Source of the DNA: Octopus vulgaris
Lineage: Eukaryota
Assembly (NCBI GenBank): GCA_951406725.2
Contig: OX597822.1
Location: 46,066,001 to 46,130,000, forward strand
Reading direction: 5' to 3'
Length of the DNA stretch: 64,000 nucleotides
Below are positions 28,274 to 41,356 of the stretch, in pieces. A program made the translations under genes and the position numbers. Under the pieces are notes generated by a model that did not search any database, was not told the origin of the DNA, and saw only the letters and a list, made by a program, of their open reading frames with translations. Each line of letters begins with the position of its first letter. Position 1 is the first letter of the stretch.

Positions 28274-30031
28274 ACGCGCATTTGAAAGAGAAACATAATG
28301 TGTGTATAACTGTGTGTGAATGTGTGTATCTGTATGAGATATGAATGTAATGTAATGAAATGAGAGTCAAGTAGAGAGAGTGACACACGCGCACACACAC
28401 ACACACACTAAGGTTTTCTACCACCTCGCTAAGGTATTATTTCACAATATTTCAATATCTTTTAATAAAAAGCAGAAAAAACCAAAGTGCAAGATGTATG
28501 CGAGTTGGCTTTGTGGCCAAAGATCTCAGGTTCAATCTTGCTAGGGACCACCTTAAGCAAGTGTGTCTTCCACCATAGCCTCGTGAGTGAAATTGGTTAA
28601 ATGACCCATCTACATCAGACCTATGCAGGGTCATACTGCTCAATCTCAAGATTAATTTACATTAAACTCTGTGGACCACAACAATAGTTCCATACAGAAC
28701 CTAACTGACGAAATTACCCAGTCCTGTGTGTCAGATTCATAGACATCTTTTGCATTCTATGTAGAACATAACCAATTCTTTTTTTTTTCCCCCTACTCTT
28801 GGCACAAAGTCTGAAAATTTTGGAGAGGGGGCCAGTCAATTAGATTGACCCCAGTATGAAACTTGTGCTTAATTTATCGACCCCCAAAAGGATGAAAGGC
28901 AAAGCCAACCTTTTGAACTTAGAACATGAAGTCAGATAAAATAGCGCTAAGCATTTCACCTGGCATGGTAACATTTCCGCTAGAGAACATAACCAATTCT
29001 GCACAAACAATGTGTGTATGTGTGTGTTGTGTCTACACATATATACACAGATTTATGCACGTAGAGAAATTGATAGATTGACAGATTGATATTTGCAGAG
29101 AGTGAAGAGGTGAGGACTTTTACAGGCTCCCCCAGGTCAGTTAGATTGATGTGGCTGACATTCAATTCAACAACAGCAGGAAAAATATGGATAAGGGAAT
29201 TTCAGGGGGGTGGGGTTGATATTCTGGGGACGAATGAATACAGTGGTCAGTGCATAGGGATAGTTTGAGCAGCAGGAGATACAGGATATATCAACTTCAT
29301 CATTCAGTGCTGGCATGGGTTGCAAGGTTCAACAAGATCCAGGGGTTTTAAGGACTGCATCATAGTGAGTGTCTGCTTTGGCATGGTCTCTAGAGCAAGA
29401 TGCTCTTCCCAAAGCCAACCTCTTCAGAATGAGTACTGGGTACACTTTGTTTTTGGAGTGACAGCAGCACCAGTGAGGTCACCAAGCACCTCACAAGATT
29501 GTGAAACCTGATGAAGTGGTGGGGGTGTTTTATGTTAGTTTAAAGAATGAGAAAAGGGGTGGGACAGAGCAGATTCTTGTAGTAGAGGACCTATGTGACT
29601 ACTTAGATTTAAAGAAGAGAGTGAAAAACAATGAGGTCTTTTATAGGGCTTAGAAAAACTGAAGGACCACTGCAATAAGTGTGTGGATCTTGGAGGGGAA
29701 TATGGTGAATACAATCATAATTAACTGATCCTCCTGTATTTTCTTTTATCCAAAGCCAGGAACTTTTCAGCCCTCCCACCTTTGTATAAGACCTATAAAG
29801 TAGGGTCCTTGATAGGTACTTTCATCCTGGTTCCAGAGAGGACTTGGGAGAAGTGGGAACCAATGTTAACTCCACACTCCCCCAGATTCCTGAAATGAAG
29901 ACCTAGAGCCTCATCACAGGATGTAGTCTGATGTCTTACCCAGGACATGTGTGAAGATAGGAGAGAGAGAGAAACATAAGTTAATTTAGTAAGAATAACT
30001 AGTTGGTTCATTATTTCCGGAACCCATGCCT

Positions 30032-30066
<35 letters not shown>

Positions 30067-31770
30067 AACCACAAGCTGATGAGGGATGCTATATGGCCAC
30101 TTGATTTATCAGAAACAGCAGTCAAATTTCCCTCAAATTGCACCATTTCAAAAAGCAAAGAACATATTAGAGGAATTAGGTTCCAGATAGCCCCAAAAAG
30201 AGGTGATGGTCATGCTTGGAAGACCTTTGAATATTTGACCTGTGGATGAACAGCAAAAACCACTAAACCACAAAGCTCACATTTATCAATGAATACAACT
30301 TCAAGTGTAAAAAGACCACTCTGTGCAAATTATAAAATTACTTCCAAGACTTATTACAACTAATTAGATTTAATTGACTTCTGTTAATTGGCTTAGACAA
30401 GAAGCTGCTTCAGTTGATAGCTTTCTGTTAACATTTTTCTCTTTCCATTTCAGGGTTGGCAATCAACTACATGCAGAAGAATTTCGTCATGTACATGACA
30501 CACAAGAAGAAGGTCATAAAGATGATATATAAGGTTATCACTGCAATCATCATCATCATCATCATCAACTGTTGGACATTAGAGTCTCAGGTCCTAGGAC
30601 TTTTTGGGCTTGTTACACAGTTTCTATGTTGTATAAATGGCTGAGATCACAACACTTCCCATGGATGGGATGCCAGTCCTTTGCAAGGTTATTCATTTAC
30701 AGTTGAGTTGACTGGAGCAACGTGAAATGAAGTGTTTTGCTTAGAATGAAAATGCGCATCCTGGTCCAGGGACTGAAACTAAGATCATGTGATCATCAGC
30801 GCAACACTCTAACCACTAAACTTACAACAACCACAATGCTAAAGTTTGTTTTCCTGCTATACTATGGGTTACATCTGTCTGGCATACACAGTGTCTCCTG
30901 GTGTTTCTAAGGACATGTCAACTGCACAGGTGCACAGATCCAACATGTCCCCAGTTTCACTCAACATCTTGATTGTCGTTAGTGGAGTTTACTCTGTCAA
31001 TAGAATCTGGATCAGATTCAGAGTTCCTTCTTTGCAGATACAAAGCAACCCTGCTGTTTATTTTTCTTTTTAAGTTTGGTATTTATTCTATCAGATTCTT
31101 TTGTTGAACTGCTAAGTTACAAGGATGTAAACAAACTAACGGACTATCAAGAAGTAAGCTTCCACCCACATACACACGCTAGGATCACATACAAGCATAC
31201 ATGTATATGAGTGTGTGTATTCTTTTACTTGTTTCAGTCATTTGACCGTGGCCATGCTGGAGCACCGCCTTTAGTCGAACAAATCAGCTGCAGGACTTAT
31301 ACTCTGTAAGCCTAGTACTTATCCTATCGGTCTGCTTTACCAAACTGCTAAGTTACAGCAGGGGGTGGTGATCCCTGCTGTACTCTTTCTTCTGTTGGCC
31401 TGCTCGCTTAGCCAGCGGGGTGGCGTCATTCGAAGGCTAAAACAATGCGAACGCATTGTGACCAGCAATGTGTAACACCATCATCGGTTGCTAAGCGATG
31501 GTGGATGGACAAACACAGACGCACGAGTGTACATGCACACACACACACATGTGTTTGTGTGTATGTATGTATGTGTGTGTGTGTGTGTGTGTGTGTATAT
31601 CGCCACGGAGTGGTTGGCGTTAGGAAGGGCATCCAGCTGAAGAAACACTGCCAGATCAGACTGGAGCCTGGTGCAGCCTCCTGGGTTCCAAGATCTCGGT
31701 CGAACCGTCCAACCCATGCTAGCATGGAAAATGGACATTAAACGATGATGACGATGATACATATGTATGA

Positions 31771-31838
<68 letters not shown>

Positions 31839-32058
31839 TTGTATATACAATGCGCTTCTTTCAGTTTCCGTCTACCAAATCCATTCATAAGGTGTTGGTC
31901 AGCCTGAAGCTATACTAGAAGACACTTGCCCAAGGTGCAGAGTAGTGGGACTGAATCCAGAACCATGTGGTTGAGAAGCAAGCTTCTTACCAAACAGCCG
32001 CTCCTGCGCCTTTATATATAATCTCTCTCAACATATATATATACATACACACACATAC

Positions 32059-32346
32059 GGAGGCGCAATGGCCCAGTGGTTAGGGCAGCGGGCTCGCGGT
32101 CGTATGATCGCGATTTCGATTCCCAGACCGGGCGTTGTGAGTGTTTATTGAGCGAAAACACCTTAAAAAGCTCCACGAGGCTCCGGCAGGGGGTGGTGAT
32201 CCCTGCTGTACTCTTTCTTTCACTCTTTCTTCTGTTGGCCTGCTCGCTTAGCCAGCGGGGTGGCGTCATTCGAAGGCTAAAACAATGCGAACGCATTGTG
32301 ACCAGCAATGTGTAACAACATCTGATGGTCTGGTCGGTCACGTGAT
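32059..32346 (+). mobile_element. Young-looking tRNA-derived SINE (head D plus tail F) ending in (GAT)n
   Basis: A box tggcccagtgg and B box gatttcgattcc. Many intact CpGs, unlike the flanking DNA. Confidence 0.85.
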
Positions 32347-33243
32347 GATGATGATGATGATGATATACACATACACCTGTGTTCAATTTTTACTTTTCTG
32401 TAAATTTCAACTATATATATATATATATGTGTGTGTGTGCATACACACCCAAACAATGAGCTCCAGTACAGTTTTAATCTACTAAATTCACTCACTATGC
32501 ATTGGTCAGTCCACGGCTATAGTAAAATACACTTGTCCAAGATGCCACAACTATCCAGACTGTCCCAAACAAAACTGGAACAAACCTACAATCTAGAATG
32601 CTCCAAATATGACTATCAAGTCTTTTTCTTTTTCCCACCCAACAATTATATACCCCATACTACATTGTGAGTCATTCTTAAAGATTGCAGTATGTGGTTG
32701 GAAGGTAAAATTGGGTGCTATTTCGAACCATCATATGCACCACCAGTGCATTTTCATGATTTAAGAAAATATTACATTCTGTATCTCTGACATAGTTTCA
32801 AGGATATTTAAATAACATGAGTGCTAAATATTATTAAAGTTTAATTATGAAATATTGTAAAAATGCAAAAACATGAGTATTGAACAGTATGCAATGTGAC
32901 TGAAAATATGTGGCATCACCAATAAGTTCCGATCACAGGCTGTGGCAGTTAACATGTTAAACATAGTTTGGCCTTCATGATCAATATAATTTTATGTCTG
33001 CTTTGCATGTTTGTTGTTGTTCAAGTTAGTTCTTATTGAGACCTGCTACTGTCATAGACTCATGCTTGTACGCACGTTTGGCTTGGTTGCTACAGCTGGA
33101 TGCCCTTCCTGTTGCCAATCATGTTACACAGTGTACTGGGTGCCTTTTCTCATGGCACCAGCACGACAGAGGTTGGTTAATCCCCAGCAAGACAAAACAA
33201 AAGGGATTCACAACTGTAAGCACTATCTCTCTTTGGTAGATAG

Positions 33244-33276
<33 letters not shown>

Positions 33277-34458
33277 ATTAAATAATGATGAACAGCAGAG
33301 AGACATGGATTTGCGAGTGTGAACATGTGAGGAAGTTCCAAATAAAAAATAAACGAAGAATACTTTCAGGATGAAAGAGGTAAGATGTTTAAACCAACCT
33401 TTTAGTCAAAATTAGCCATGTTTAAAAGAAATAGATTTATTTAAAAGACAGATCAATATATGAATATAGTTCAATAAACCATTTCTTTTTATGCACAAGA
33501 AAAATAAATGACACACGAAGACCATCCTAATAATGAAACAAAATGCCCTAGTTCTACTTTCTCTTTCTCCCTTTCTCTCTCTCTCTCTCTCTCTCTCAAT
33601 ATATATATAGAAGGTGGTAGGGGTTCACTCCTCTGCTTGTAATTTATCGGATGCCACTCTCCATCGTTAACCAGCTAAAGGTGATGTCCTCTTGGGTTTA
33701 AAAAATCGCAGTAGAGTCCATTTGAACAGACAACCATGTTGAAGTGGCAACAAATATTACTTGTCAGTACAAACTACTGTGTTGATCTCTTACAGAGACT
33801 TTAAAACTAGCATTTTTATTTGTATATATCTATATCTATCTTTACATATATATATATGGTGTCTACATATATATATATGGCCTCTACAGTCAATAAACGA
33901 TCTGGAATAATGACCGATTTGGTCAGGGGTTTATTACTTGCAACTGTAGCTAGAAATTGGTGTCCCTGAGTAGAACACTTAAATCTTTTTGCCTTTGTAA
34001 GCCTGTCAAGAGAATCCAAGTTCTTGTAACCTGAGCAAACATCCTAAATGTCCTTTACCCCCATTCCCATGTTGTTTGGGATATCATCCTAGAAATACAA
34101 ACCCCCACAACCAATGCCACCACCATCATCACCACCACCATCACTATCACCATCATTATCATCAAATCTGTCCAATAAACAGGTCTTTCTACTTTACAGT
34201 TCATTGGCTACTGGTAAGAATGGCATCCAGCTAGAGAATTACTTGAGCAAGATGCAAAAGAAACAAAAACAAACAAAAAAAAAATCTCCCCTAAAAATAT
34301 ACAAACAACGAATCAATAAAATATTCCACTGATGCAAACAAGGAATATTAGAAATAAAGCAATTACAAAAGTAATCTTCTTCTCAGGATTTCTTCCTTCA
34401 TGCAACCCAGTGTATCACCTTCCTTTAGGCCAGATACTATTATTCCAAGAAACAGATT

Positions 34459-34500
<42 letters not shown>

Positions 34501-34764
34501 GTGTCCATAAATTATCTTCACAGCTTCTATAACATTTTGTATTAAATTGTAAAGAGAATTTATGGACACACACTGTGTGTGTGTGTGTATGTGTGTGTGT
34601 GTGTATACATACATATACGCACACCTACATACACATACTGACTCTCACTTACACACATTATTAAGTGACAAAAGGAACAAAGTAACACTATCTTGGGAAA
34701 TGGAATTTCTAATGTGCTGGACAGGTAAATACACATAATACACACACACACACACACACACATC

Positions 34765-36130
34765 CAAGGTGTCCCCTAACAGCTGATACTTCACTTAATT
34801 TTCATTTCTTTTTAAGTTTAACCCATTACAAATAATGAAGGATGCCAGGCTAATCTTTGAACAAAGGAAATCTGTCCTAAAGTGCTGCTGGAAAGTTGGA
34901 AATGCAGTCAAACTACTGCAAAGATAGTTTAGGAGTGAGTTTGAGGTTCAAACAGATCCACCTATAATAGCTTATAATCACTCAAGTTTGCAGAATGTCC
35001 ACAAGAAATGCTCAGGAAGACCTCAGACCTTGATGAACCCCACAAAGGAAGAACGGGTGCTGGAAACATATAGCCAAAGTTCAAGAAAATAAGAGCAGCA
35101 AATGAGCTGTGAGATAGAAATTTCAAGACCAAACATCCGTTGCATTTAGAAGCAATGCCCTTTGGAAAAGTTACATTCCAGGAATAGTTCATGCTCTCAA
35201 TGTGAAGGCACGTGGCTTCACAGTTAGGATATTCAACTCATAATCATAAGGTAGTGAATTCAATTCCTGGGGGTGCATTTCCTTGAGCAAGTCACTTTAT
35301 TCCAGTCCATTCAGCTGGAAAAAATGGGCTGGACCTGTAATTTGAAAGGGGCCAGCCTTGTCACATTCTGTGTCACACTGAATCTCCCTGAGAACTACAT
35401 TAAGGGTCTACGTGCTTACAGAGTGCTCAGCCACTTGGATGGTAATTTCAGAAGCAGGCTATTTCCATTGATCAGATCAAATGGAAACTTCATTGTCATA
35501 ACTCACAGAATGCCAGTTATGCTCTCAATGAAGATGATATGGACCAAAGAATGGAGACAGGTGAGTGGTATTTGGCAAGGTATTTAGAAGATGCACACTT
35601 TCTAACAAAGATAGCTTGGATCGATGAGACTACACTGGTATTAAATGGCTCAAATAACCACCAGAATTACACCTTCAGGGGACTTGAGAATCTACATATT
35701 ATGGAGTTACAGCATAATGCAGCTTATCTTCAGAAGGATTAACTGGACCATTCTTTTTTGATGGTATGGTAACTGATCCAATTTACTTGAAATTGCTGCA
35801 GGAACCTGTCATGTTAAGCATTCACGAGGACATTGAATATGCGAAGTTTAATTTGTAACTAGATAGAGAACTCCAACAACAACATAGTAATGTAAGGACC
35901 CACCTTGAAATTTTGCCAAACAAGTGAATTGGACAAATATAGTTCAGTAGAATACCCTCCTCCTTCAACGAACCTCACACCACTAGATATATATATATAT
36001 TTTTTGTGGGAATACTTAAAAAACAAAGTTTATGGTAAAAAAAACAGTCAATGAACTTAAGTTGGCCATTGACCACAAAAATGCAAATACCAAGTACATG
36101 GGAAACTGTAAGATCATTATTGATATAAAG
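34765..36130 (+). mobile_element. Decayed Tc1/mariner DNA transposon (transposase pseudogene with DUF4817-type N-terminus), interrupted by a SINE
   Basis: Conceptual translation across stops and frameshifts from ATG 34835 gives MKDARLIFEQRKSVLKCCWK..., SGRP, WKSYIPGIVHALNEDDMDQRME, KIAWIDETT..NGSNNHQNY, GPFFFDG.VT, FLWEYLKNKVY. These are Tc1/mariner motifs (WSDE, GPFFF, FLWG) in degenerate form. Confidence 0.85.
35203..35518 (+). mobile_element. tRNA-derived CORE-like SINE (family C) inserted in the mariner transposase
   Basis: Degenerate A/B-box head and body ttgagcaagtcactttat. A 12-bp TSD atgctctcaatg lies at 35191-35202 and 35519-35530; removing the insert restores HALNEDD. Confidence 0.85.
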
Positions 36131-36494
36131 AGGGAAGACTGCATTGTATTATTTGCCTCGAGATAAATCATATTAGAGAATCATGGCTATATTTTCTATT
36201 AGTCAATTAAAACACAAAAGTTGATAAAGATTAAAAATAGAGAAATAGGATAAAAGAAAGATGCAGCCATGGCTGTGTGTTTAAGAAACTTGCTTTCCAA
36301 CTATGTGGCTTTGGGTACAGTTTCAATGTACAGCACCTTGGGCAAGCATCTTCTGCTACAGCCCTCAGCCAACCAAAACCTAGTGAGTATATTTGGGAAA
36401 GGGAAACTGAATGAAGCTCATTGTGTGTGCATATGTATGTATATATATATCGGTATGTATGAAATGAGAAATTAGCAAGGAGTGGATTTACCAA

Positions 36495-36990
36495 AGGAAA
36501 GATAATCTGATTCAATCCTCCATGTAACTTAGAACTTTCAACCAACATAGCTAGGAGCTTTATGATAGTAATAAGGAAACACTTCCCTTGAACCCATAAC
36601 TATTATAAACTTTTCAACCCTCACAACATCAAGGTCAGTTACACTTACTCATGCATCACTCTTTTAACATCACATGCTTCAATGACACAATCACACATCT
36701 TTACAGCCTCCAGTACACACCCACAACCTTTAACTGCCAAAATCCTACCAACTGCCTACTGGGAAGATCCTACTTCTCAACGACTGCAGTCTATAGAATC
36801 ACTTTCACACCATCTAATGGCACTAGATGGGCATGACAGCTAATAGCTTCAAAGGAAGTTACACACAGCAATTAAACCCCTTCAGGTGCAAGAATAGGGG
36901 CAAATCCATCTTCTTATCCCATTTTATCTGGAGGCTTTGTGACCACCAGAACAACTACCCTAGCATTGAATGGAGTATCATTGGAATATT
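36495..36990 (+). mobile_element. Penelope-like retroelement remnant (RT C-terminal region/linker plus GIY-YIG endonuclease)
   Basis: Translates to KII*FNPP, KHFP..YYKLFNPHNIKVSY, FNCQNPTNCLLG..AVYR, *MGMTANSFK..., LSHFIWRL..SIEWSII. These match typical PLE motifs (IIWFNPP, KIFN..KVSYSC, CNC..CPL, YIG, LSK.IW.LK, WSI). Confidence 0.8.
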
Positions 36991-37145
36991 GTCATTCTGC
37001 CTCAGCAACAGAGTGTACAGACTGTTTCCTCATAACCAAACATGCTTTTCACAGATGACTGCAGACAAATAACATCACTTGTACGACAATGATACTCATT
37101 TACAACCATCATGTGATGCCTAGACAAGGGTATCCAGGAACACAC

Positions 37146-37203
<58 letters not shown>

Positions 37204-37224
37204 CTACATGAGGATTATTAACAA

Positions 37225-37375
37225 TTTTTTCCCTCTGTCTCCTGTTTTTGAAGAAAAGCTTTGCTAGAAACATAAAACACCCTTTTTTTTCCCTTCTCTG
37301 AGCGTCTTATCAATACTTTGCATGTTCCATGTCCTCGGGTTGTTTTTTTCTTGTTTTTTCTGTTTTTTTATTAAT
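37225..37375 (+). mobile_element. Penelope-type terminal sequence with degenerate hammerhead-like motif
   Basis: ttgaagaaaagctttgctagaaaca resembles CTGANGA-stem-GAAAC and is followed by a T-rich tail. It lies just downstream of the GIY-YIG remnant. Confidence 0.5.
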
Positions 37376-38527
37376 CATACACACACGCAGAGTCGCCATC
37401 TGCCAAATTCACTCAGAACCTTTGAGTGAATTTGGTAGACAGAGCTTATAATAGAACATACTTGCCCAAGGGTCTGCACAGCGTGATTGAACCTGAGACC
37501 ACATGGTTAAGAAGAAAACTTCTCAACCATACAGACAAGCCTGCACCTATCTTTGCTTAATATTTATGTGAAGAATCATCACAAGTCTGGAGTGTCTAGT
37601 ATCTAACATGAATTAGATTAGAATCTTCAGAAGTTGATCTACAAACAGAATCAACACATTCTTTAAATTTCTTGTATGAAGTCAACACTGTGAATAACAG
37701 GAATCTCTAAGTCCTGTGCTGCCTAAAACCACCCAAATGGAAACACCTCTTATTTGTGGTTGTTTCGAAGGAAGTTATGAGCTCTCTAACCTAAGGGTGA
37801 AAACTTTAATCCCTTCCTGTATCTTTTACCTTTTACTTGTTTCAGTCAGAGGACTGTGACCAGGCTGGGAAACTGCGATGAAGGGTTTTAGCCAACTGAA
37901 TTGACCCCCCCCACCACCACCACCACAATCACAGTACTTACTTTCTTTAAAGCCTGGTACTAATTCAATCAGTCTTGTTCACCAAACTGATGAGTTATGG
38001 GGGACGTAAACAAACCAACACCAGTTGTCAAGTGGTTGTGGTGAGGACAAACACACACACACTGAGTGGCTTCTTTCATTTTCCATCATCCAAATCCACC
38101 CATAAGGTTTTGGTTGCCCCTAGGCTAAAGCTGAAGACACTTGCTCAAGGTGCCATACAATGAGATTAAACCTTGAACCATGTGGCTAGAAAGCAAATTA
38201 CTTATGACACAGCCACACCCACACCTAAATGATTGCGAATCCACAGAGGGGTTTGCAATGTTGCTGGATTTCAGTGATTTATTCCAAGGAATTTTCATGC
38301 ATGCCTAAGTATATCATTTCTGAAGAAAGTAAACTCGGTGAACCAGCAAATTTTCCAATGAAAAAGCTGCAAAATATTGAAGGTAAACTTTTGCTGTTTG
38401 ATTTGTGATATTTCTATATCCATATGTATTACTAGTTGTAGTTAGTTAATTACAACTCTTTGCATCATATTCTTTTCCAGTGTATTTATTCTTTAGATAT
38501 TATTACGTAATTAATAAACAACAATAT

Positions 38528-38689
38528 ACGCACAGGAGTGGCTGTGTGGTAAGTAGCTTGCTTACCAACCACATGGTTCTGGGTTCAGTCCCACTGCATG
38601 ATACCTTGGGCAAGTGTCTTCTGCTATAGCCTCAGGCCGACCAAAACCTTGTGAGTGGATTTGGTAGAGGGAAACTGAAAGAAGCCTAT

Positions 38690-38721
<32 letters not shown>

Positions 38722-38885
38722 CATGTATATGTTTGTGTGTTTACGTCCCCTGTAACTTAGTTCAGCAAAAGTGATTGATAGAATAAGTACTAGGCTAACA
38801 AAGAATAAGTCCGGGGATCGATTTGTTCAACTAAAGATGGTGCTCCGGCATTGCTGCAGTCAAATGACTGAAACAAATAAAAGAA
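38528..38885 (+). mobile_element. SINE family A copy
   Basis: Same consensus on the plus strand. It lies head-to-head with a minus-strand copy at ~37825-38225. Confidence 0.85.
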
Positions 38886-39137
38886 AAAACCAAATATGCA
38901 CAATTTTTTTTTAACGTAAGTGACTACTTACATTACTTTTTCTACAATAATGCTTAATTTTCCCAATAATCTGACCACAAGTGCATACACTATAAGCATC
39001 TGAATAAACAAGCCCAACTTTTGGTATTTTCTGCTTGTTTTGAGCATCTGATTTAAAAAATTTTCAATGGGGTTTTAACTGATGAAGCAAAATTTCTCAA
39101 AGTTCTGGGGAAATAAAAACTGTAAAGAAATCCTTAC

Positions 39138-39222
39138 CTGCTTCACAATTATTATCTACATTATTTTTTCGTTTGCGCTTCCGTTCTGTAGGCGTTTTCG
39201 TTTTGTCAGGCGTCTGTGGCAT
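39138..39222 (-). CDS. TLK: Internal coding exon (85 nt, phase 0 to 1) of a probable Tousled-like kinase: MPQTPDKTKTPTERKRKRKNNVDNNCEA(G)
   Basis: On the minus strand: polypyrimidine acceptor ttttccccctttctcctgtctag, an open frame, and donor CAG|gtaagg. The exon is CpG-rich compared with its flanks. The peptide resembles vertebrate TLK1 'ETPEKK...RGRKRKAENQNESSQG' (recalled, not searched). Confidence 0.75.
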
Positions 39223-40899
39223 CTAGACAGGAGAAAGGGGGAAAAAATATATATCCAATTGTTTTTTTTTTTTTTGAAGAATCAAAGTAATAACTGAATC
39301 AAAGATAAAATTAAGTGAAAATGGTACCAAAATTTCTGAAAGGGAAACAAACTGTGAATTATGGAAACGTTTAAGCAACCAATGTGAAACTGACATAGTG
39401 TTGTATGTTAGAAAAGAACAACAAATTAATAAAAGATGTAGACTAGGGGTTCCTTACATGAGTAGACCTATGATCAAAAGCATTCCAGTCACAACTACCG
39501 TTTTTCTTTTAGCTATACAGGATTACATTGTGCAATGTAAACTACTGTGTCTATGACGAAAGAGTTTGATTTGAGGGCAATCTAGGCTGCTATTTCTAGC
39601 AGCATGTGAAACCAAGCCTAGGCTCTCTTGTAAAGCTGTTCCATTCATTGATTTAGAAACTGCATCTTTGATTTCACTCTGACCATGTTCCAGAGAACAA
39701 TGGTAATTGACTGACAAATATATCAACCAACTCAACAGAGAGAAGACATACAAAGGTGGCCAAAATGAAGCGAACAAACTCAACAGAGATTTGGCTTCAT
39801 ACTGCAAGCATGGTTTTCCAACAGCTCATCAATTAAAACTTCCAAGTTCAAACCTTGTGATAGCAAAATAATAATCGCAAATGAAAATACTCTTTTATTC
39901 TTTTAAGAGTGCAACCATGCTGGAGCACTGCTTTAAGGTGGGGGAGAAAAAGAGTAGTGTAAATATAGTAGTGCAGCTGGGGGCAGGGGAGGAAAGATGG
40001 GGTGCACACTTCTGGGTTTACTGTATAAGCCTGCACAATGAGTGGCGTGCATGGAACAACAAATTCAAGGGCTGCCCAGGGTGGCACACTCTCTAGCTAT
40101 ATCACTATAAATACTATTACCTTTTAAAAAATATAGCACATGTGTATGTGCATGTATGTGTGTGTGTACCAACAAGGAATGTAAACATGTCACCATTTCA
40201 CTCAAATGAAGCCATGGACTATCAACTTTCACAAAATATATCTTATCTTCTATCTTTTACTTGTTTCAGTCATTAGACTGTGGTCATGCTGCAGCATCAC
40301 CTTGAAGAATTTTCACTTGAATAGATTAATCCCAGTACTCATACTTATTATAAACCTGGTACTTATTCTACTGGTCTCTTTTGCTAAACCACTTGTCAAC
40401 ACCGGTCATCAAGCAGTGATCACACACACATATACACACAATACGCTTCTTTCAGTTTCCATCAACCAAACACACTCACATGGCTTTCATTGGCCAGAAG
40501 TTATGGTAGAAGACATTTGCCCAAGGTGCCATGAGGTGGGACTGAACCCAAAACCATGTGGTTGAGAAGCAAGCTTCTTGCCACACAGACACGCTTGCAC
40601 CTATATATATATATATGCGTGTGTGTATATCATCATCACTATCATTTTAGGATCTACCTTTCCAAGTTTACATGGGTCAGATGACAGTACATTGTTGCAA
40701 AGCTATTTTTTACAACTGGACACCACTCCGGTCACCATTGCCAACTTGTTTGCAAGTAAGGTAATAATCTCTCCATCTATAAAGCAAAAAAATAGCTTGG
40801 ACATGCTTCATGCGGAAGACCAAAAACAAAAGACAAGATGAGCCTTTTGTTTACAAAGATCGTGCAACATGTCAAGAAGCCTGGATATGCTCTGCAACC

Positions 40900-41356
40900 A
40901 AACAACACCATCAGGAAGCCATTGGTTACAGACCGACACACACATTGGAAATATGAACTCACTCACTGCTATACTTCCTCTTAGTTCATTAAACCCTTTC
41001 TTCAACTTCCCTCTCATGACATTTTTTCCTTTCACTCTAGACTGTTCCTGATTCTATCCTTATTCCATTCCTCTTTACTTCTACCTCCTTCATTCTCTTT
41101 CTCTCTCCTACAACTTCCTATCCAATTCACATACGAAGGTTCGATGGACCTGTGTTAGTTATCATTTGCAGCCATTTTTTTTCTAATTTAGAGGATAAAA
41201 CACTCTGCTGTCTCTCATTAATTTCTCTCCTTTAACCTTTTCTCAGAAGAAGGACTCTGTCTGAAAGCTTAGATTTTCCACTCCTCGCTGCACATTCACT
41301 GAGCTCTTTTTATAGATTAACTACATACTGTTAGTCTTGTAGCCACAGACTCTTTG

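Larger units (their letters stand above)
20926..39137 (-). other. ~18.2-kb GT-AG intron between the two putative TLK exons
   Basis: Bounded by gtaagg (39137) and tttcag (20926). Filled with SINEs, MITEs and microsatellites. Confidence 0.65.

Noticed and set aside
32059-32135. tRNA gene-like A/B boxes (also 53870-53941)
   Set aside because: No complete cloverleaf or acceptor stem, and the sequence continues into a multi-copy SINE body.
39220-39222. ATG at the exon start as the gene's initiation codon
   Set aside because: It immediately follows a strong acceptor, and TLKs have further conserved upstream sequence (LDPRRQELLEARF), which I did not find in this window.
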